This document shows positions 63,957 to 64,000 of a stretch of 64,000 nt of DNA, in pieces (positions within the stretch are counted from its first letter, which is position 1; every line of letters starts with the position of its first letter). The notes under the pieces are model-generated. The model made no database searches. It was not told the origin of the DNA and worked only from the letters and a program-made list of their open reading frames with translations. A program made the position numbers and the translations under genes. The DNA comes from Heptranchias perlo. Lineage: Eukaryota. The stretch is from the NCBI RefSeq assembly GCF_035084215.1, contig NC_090364.1, positions 8,308,001-8,372,000 on the forward strand, written 5' to 3'.

Positions 63957-64000
63957 ACTTTCTCTGACGGAAGTTCAAGGCTTTCTAAATGGAAACTCTT

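Overview
Eukaryotic, vertebrate DNA, most likely from a cartilaginous fish (shark-type CR1, Deu-SINE and Penelope repeats). Three head-to-tail minus-strand transcription units, each with a CpG-island promoter. (1) KMT5C/SUV420H2: 8 coding exons, 48835->37116, 845 aa by my splice model, with a probable ~5.9 kb 3'UTR. (2) HSPBP1: 7 coding exons, 27087->17066, 325 aa. (3) The non-coding first exon and first intron of a third gene (~12.9 kb leftwards), probably PPP6R1 by synteny only. The rest is mostly TE debris: CR1 and L2 LINEs, Deu-type and LF-SINE-like SINEs, Penelope fragments carrying minimal hammerhead ribozymes, hAT MITEs, a decayed Gypsy integrase and a 40-bp minisatellite. The most interesting oddities are a stray UBR4 exon joined to the 5' end of a CR1, a tRNA-Lys/CR1-tail chimera, hammerheads with compensatory stem changes, two local inverted duplications, and a candidate spliced plus-strand gene or pseudogene divergent from KMT5C. 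I see no convincing wholly new system. Family and orthologue assignments come from remembered sequences, not database searches, and repeat boundaries are approximate.
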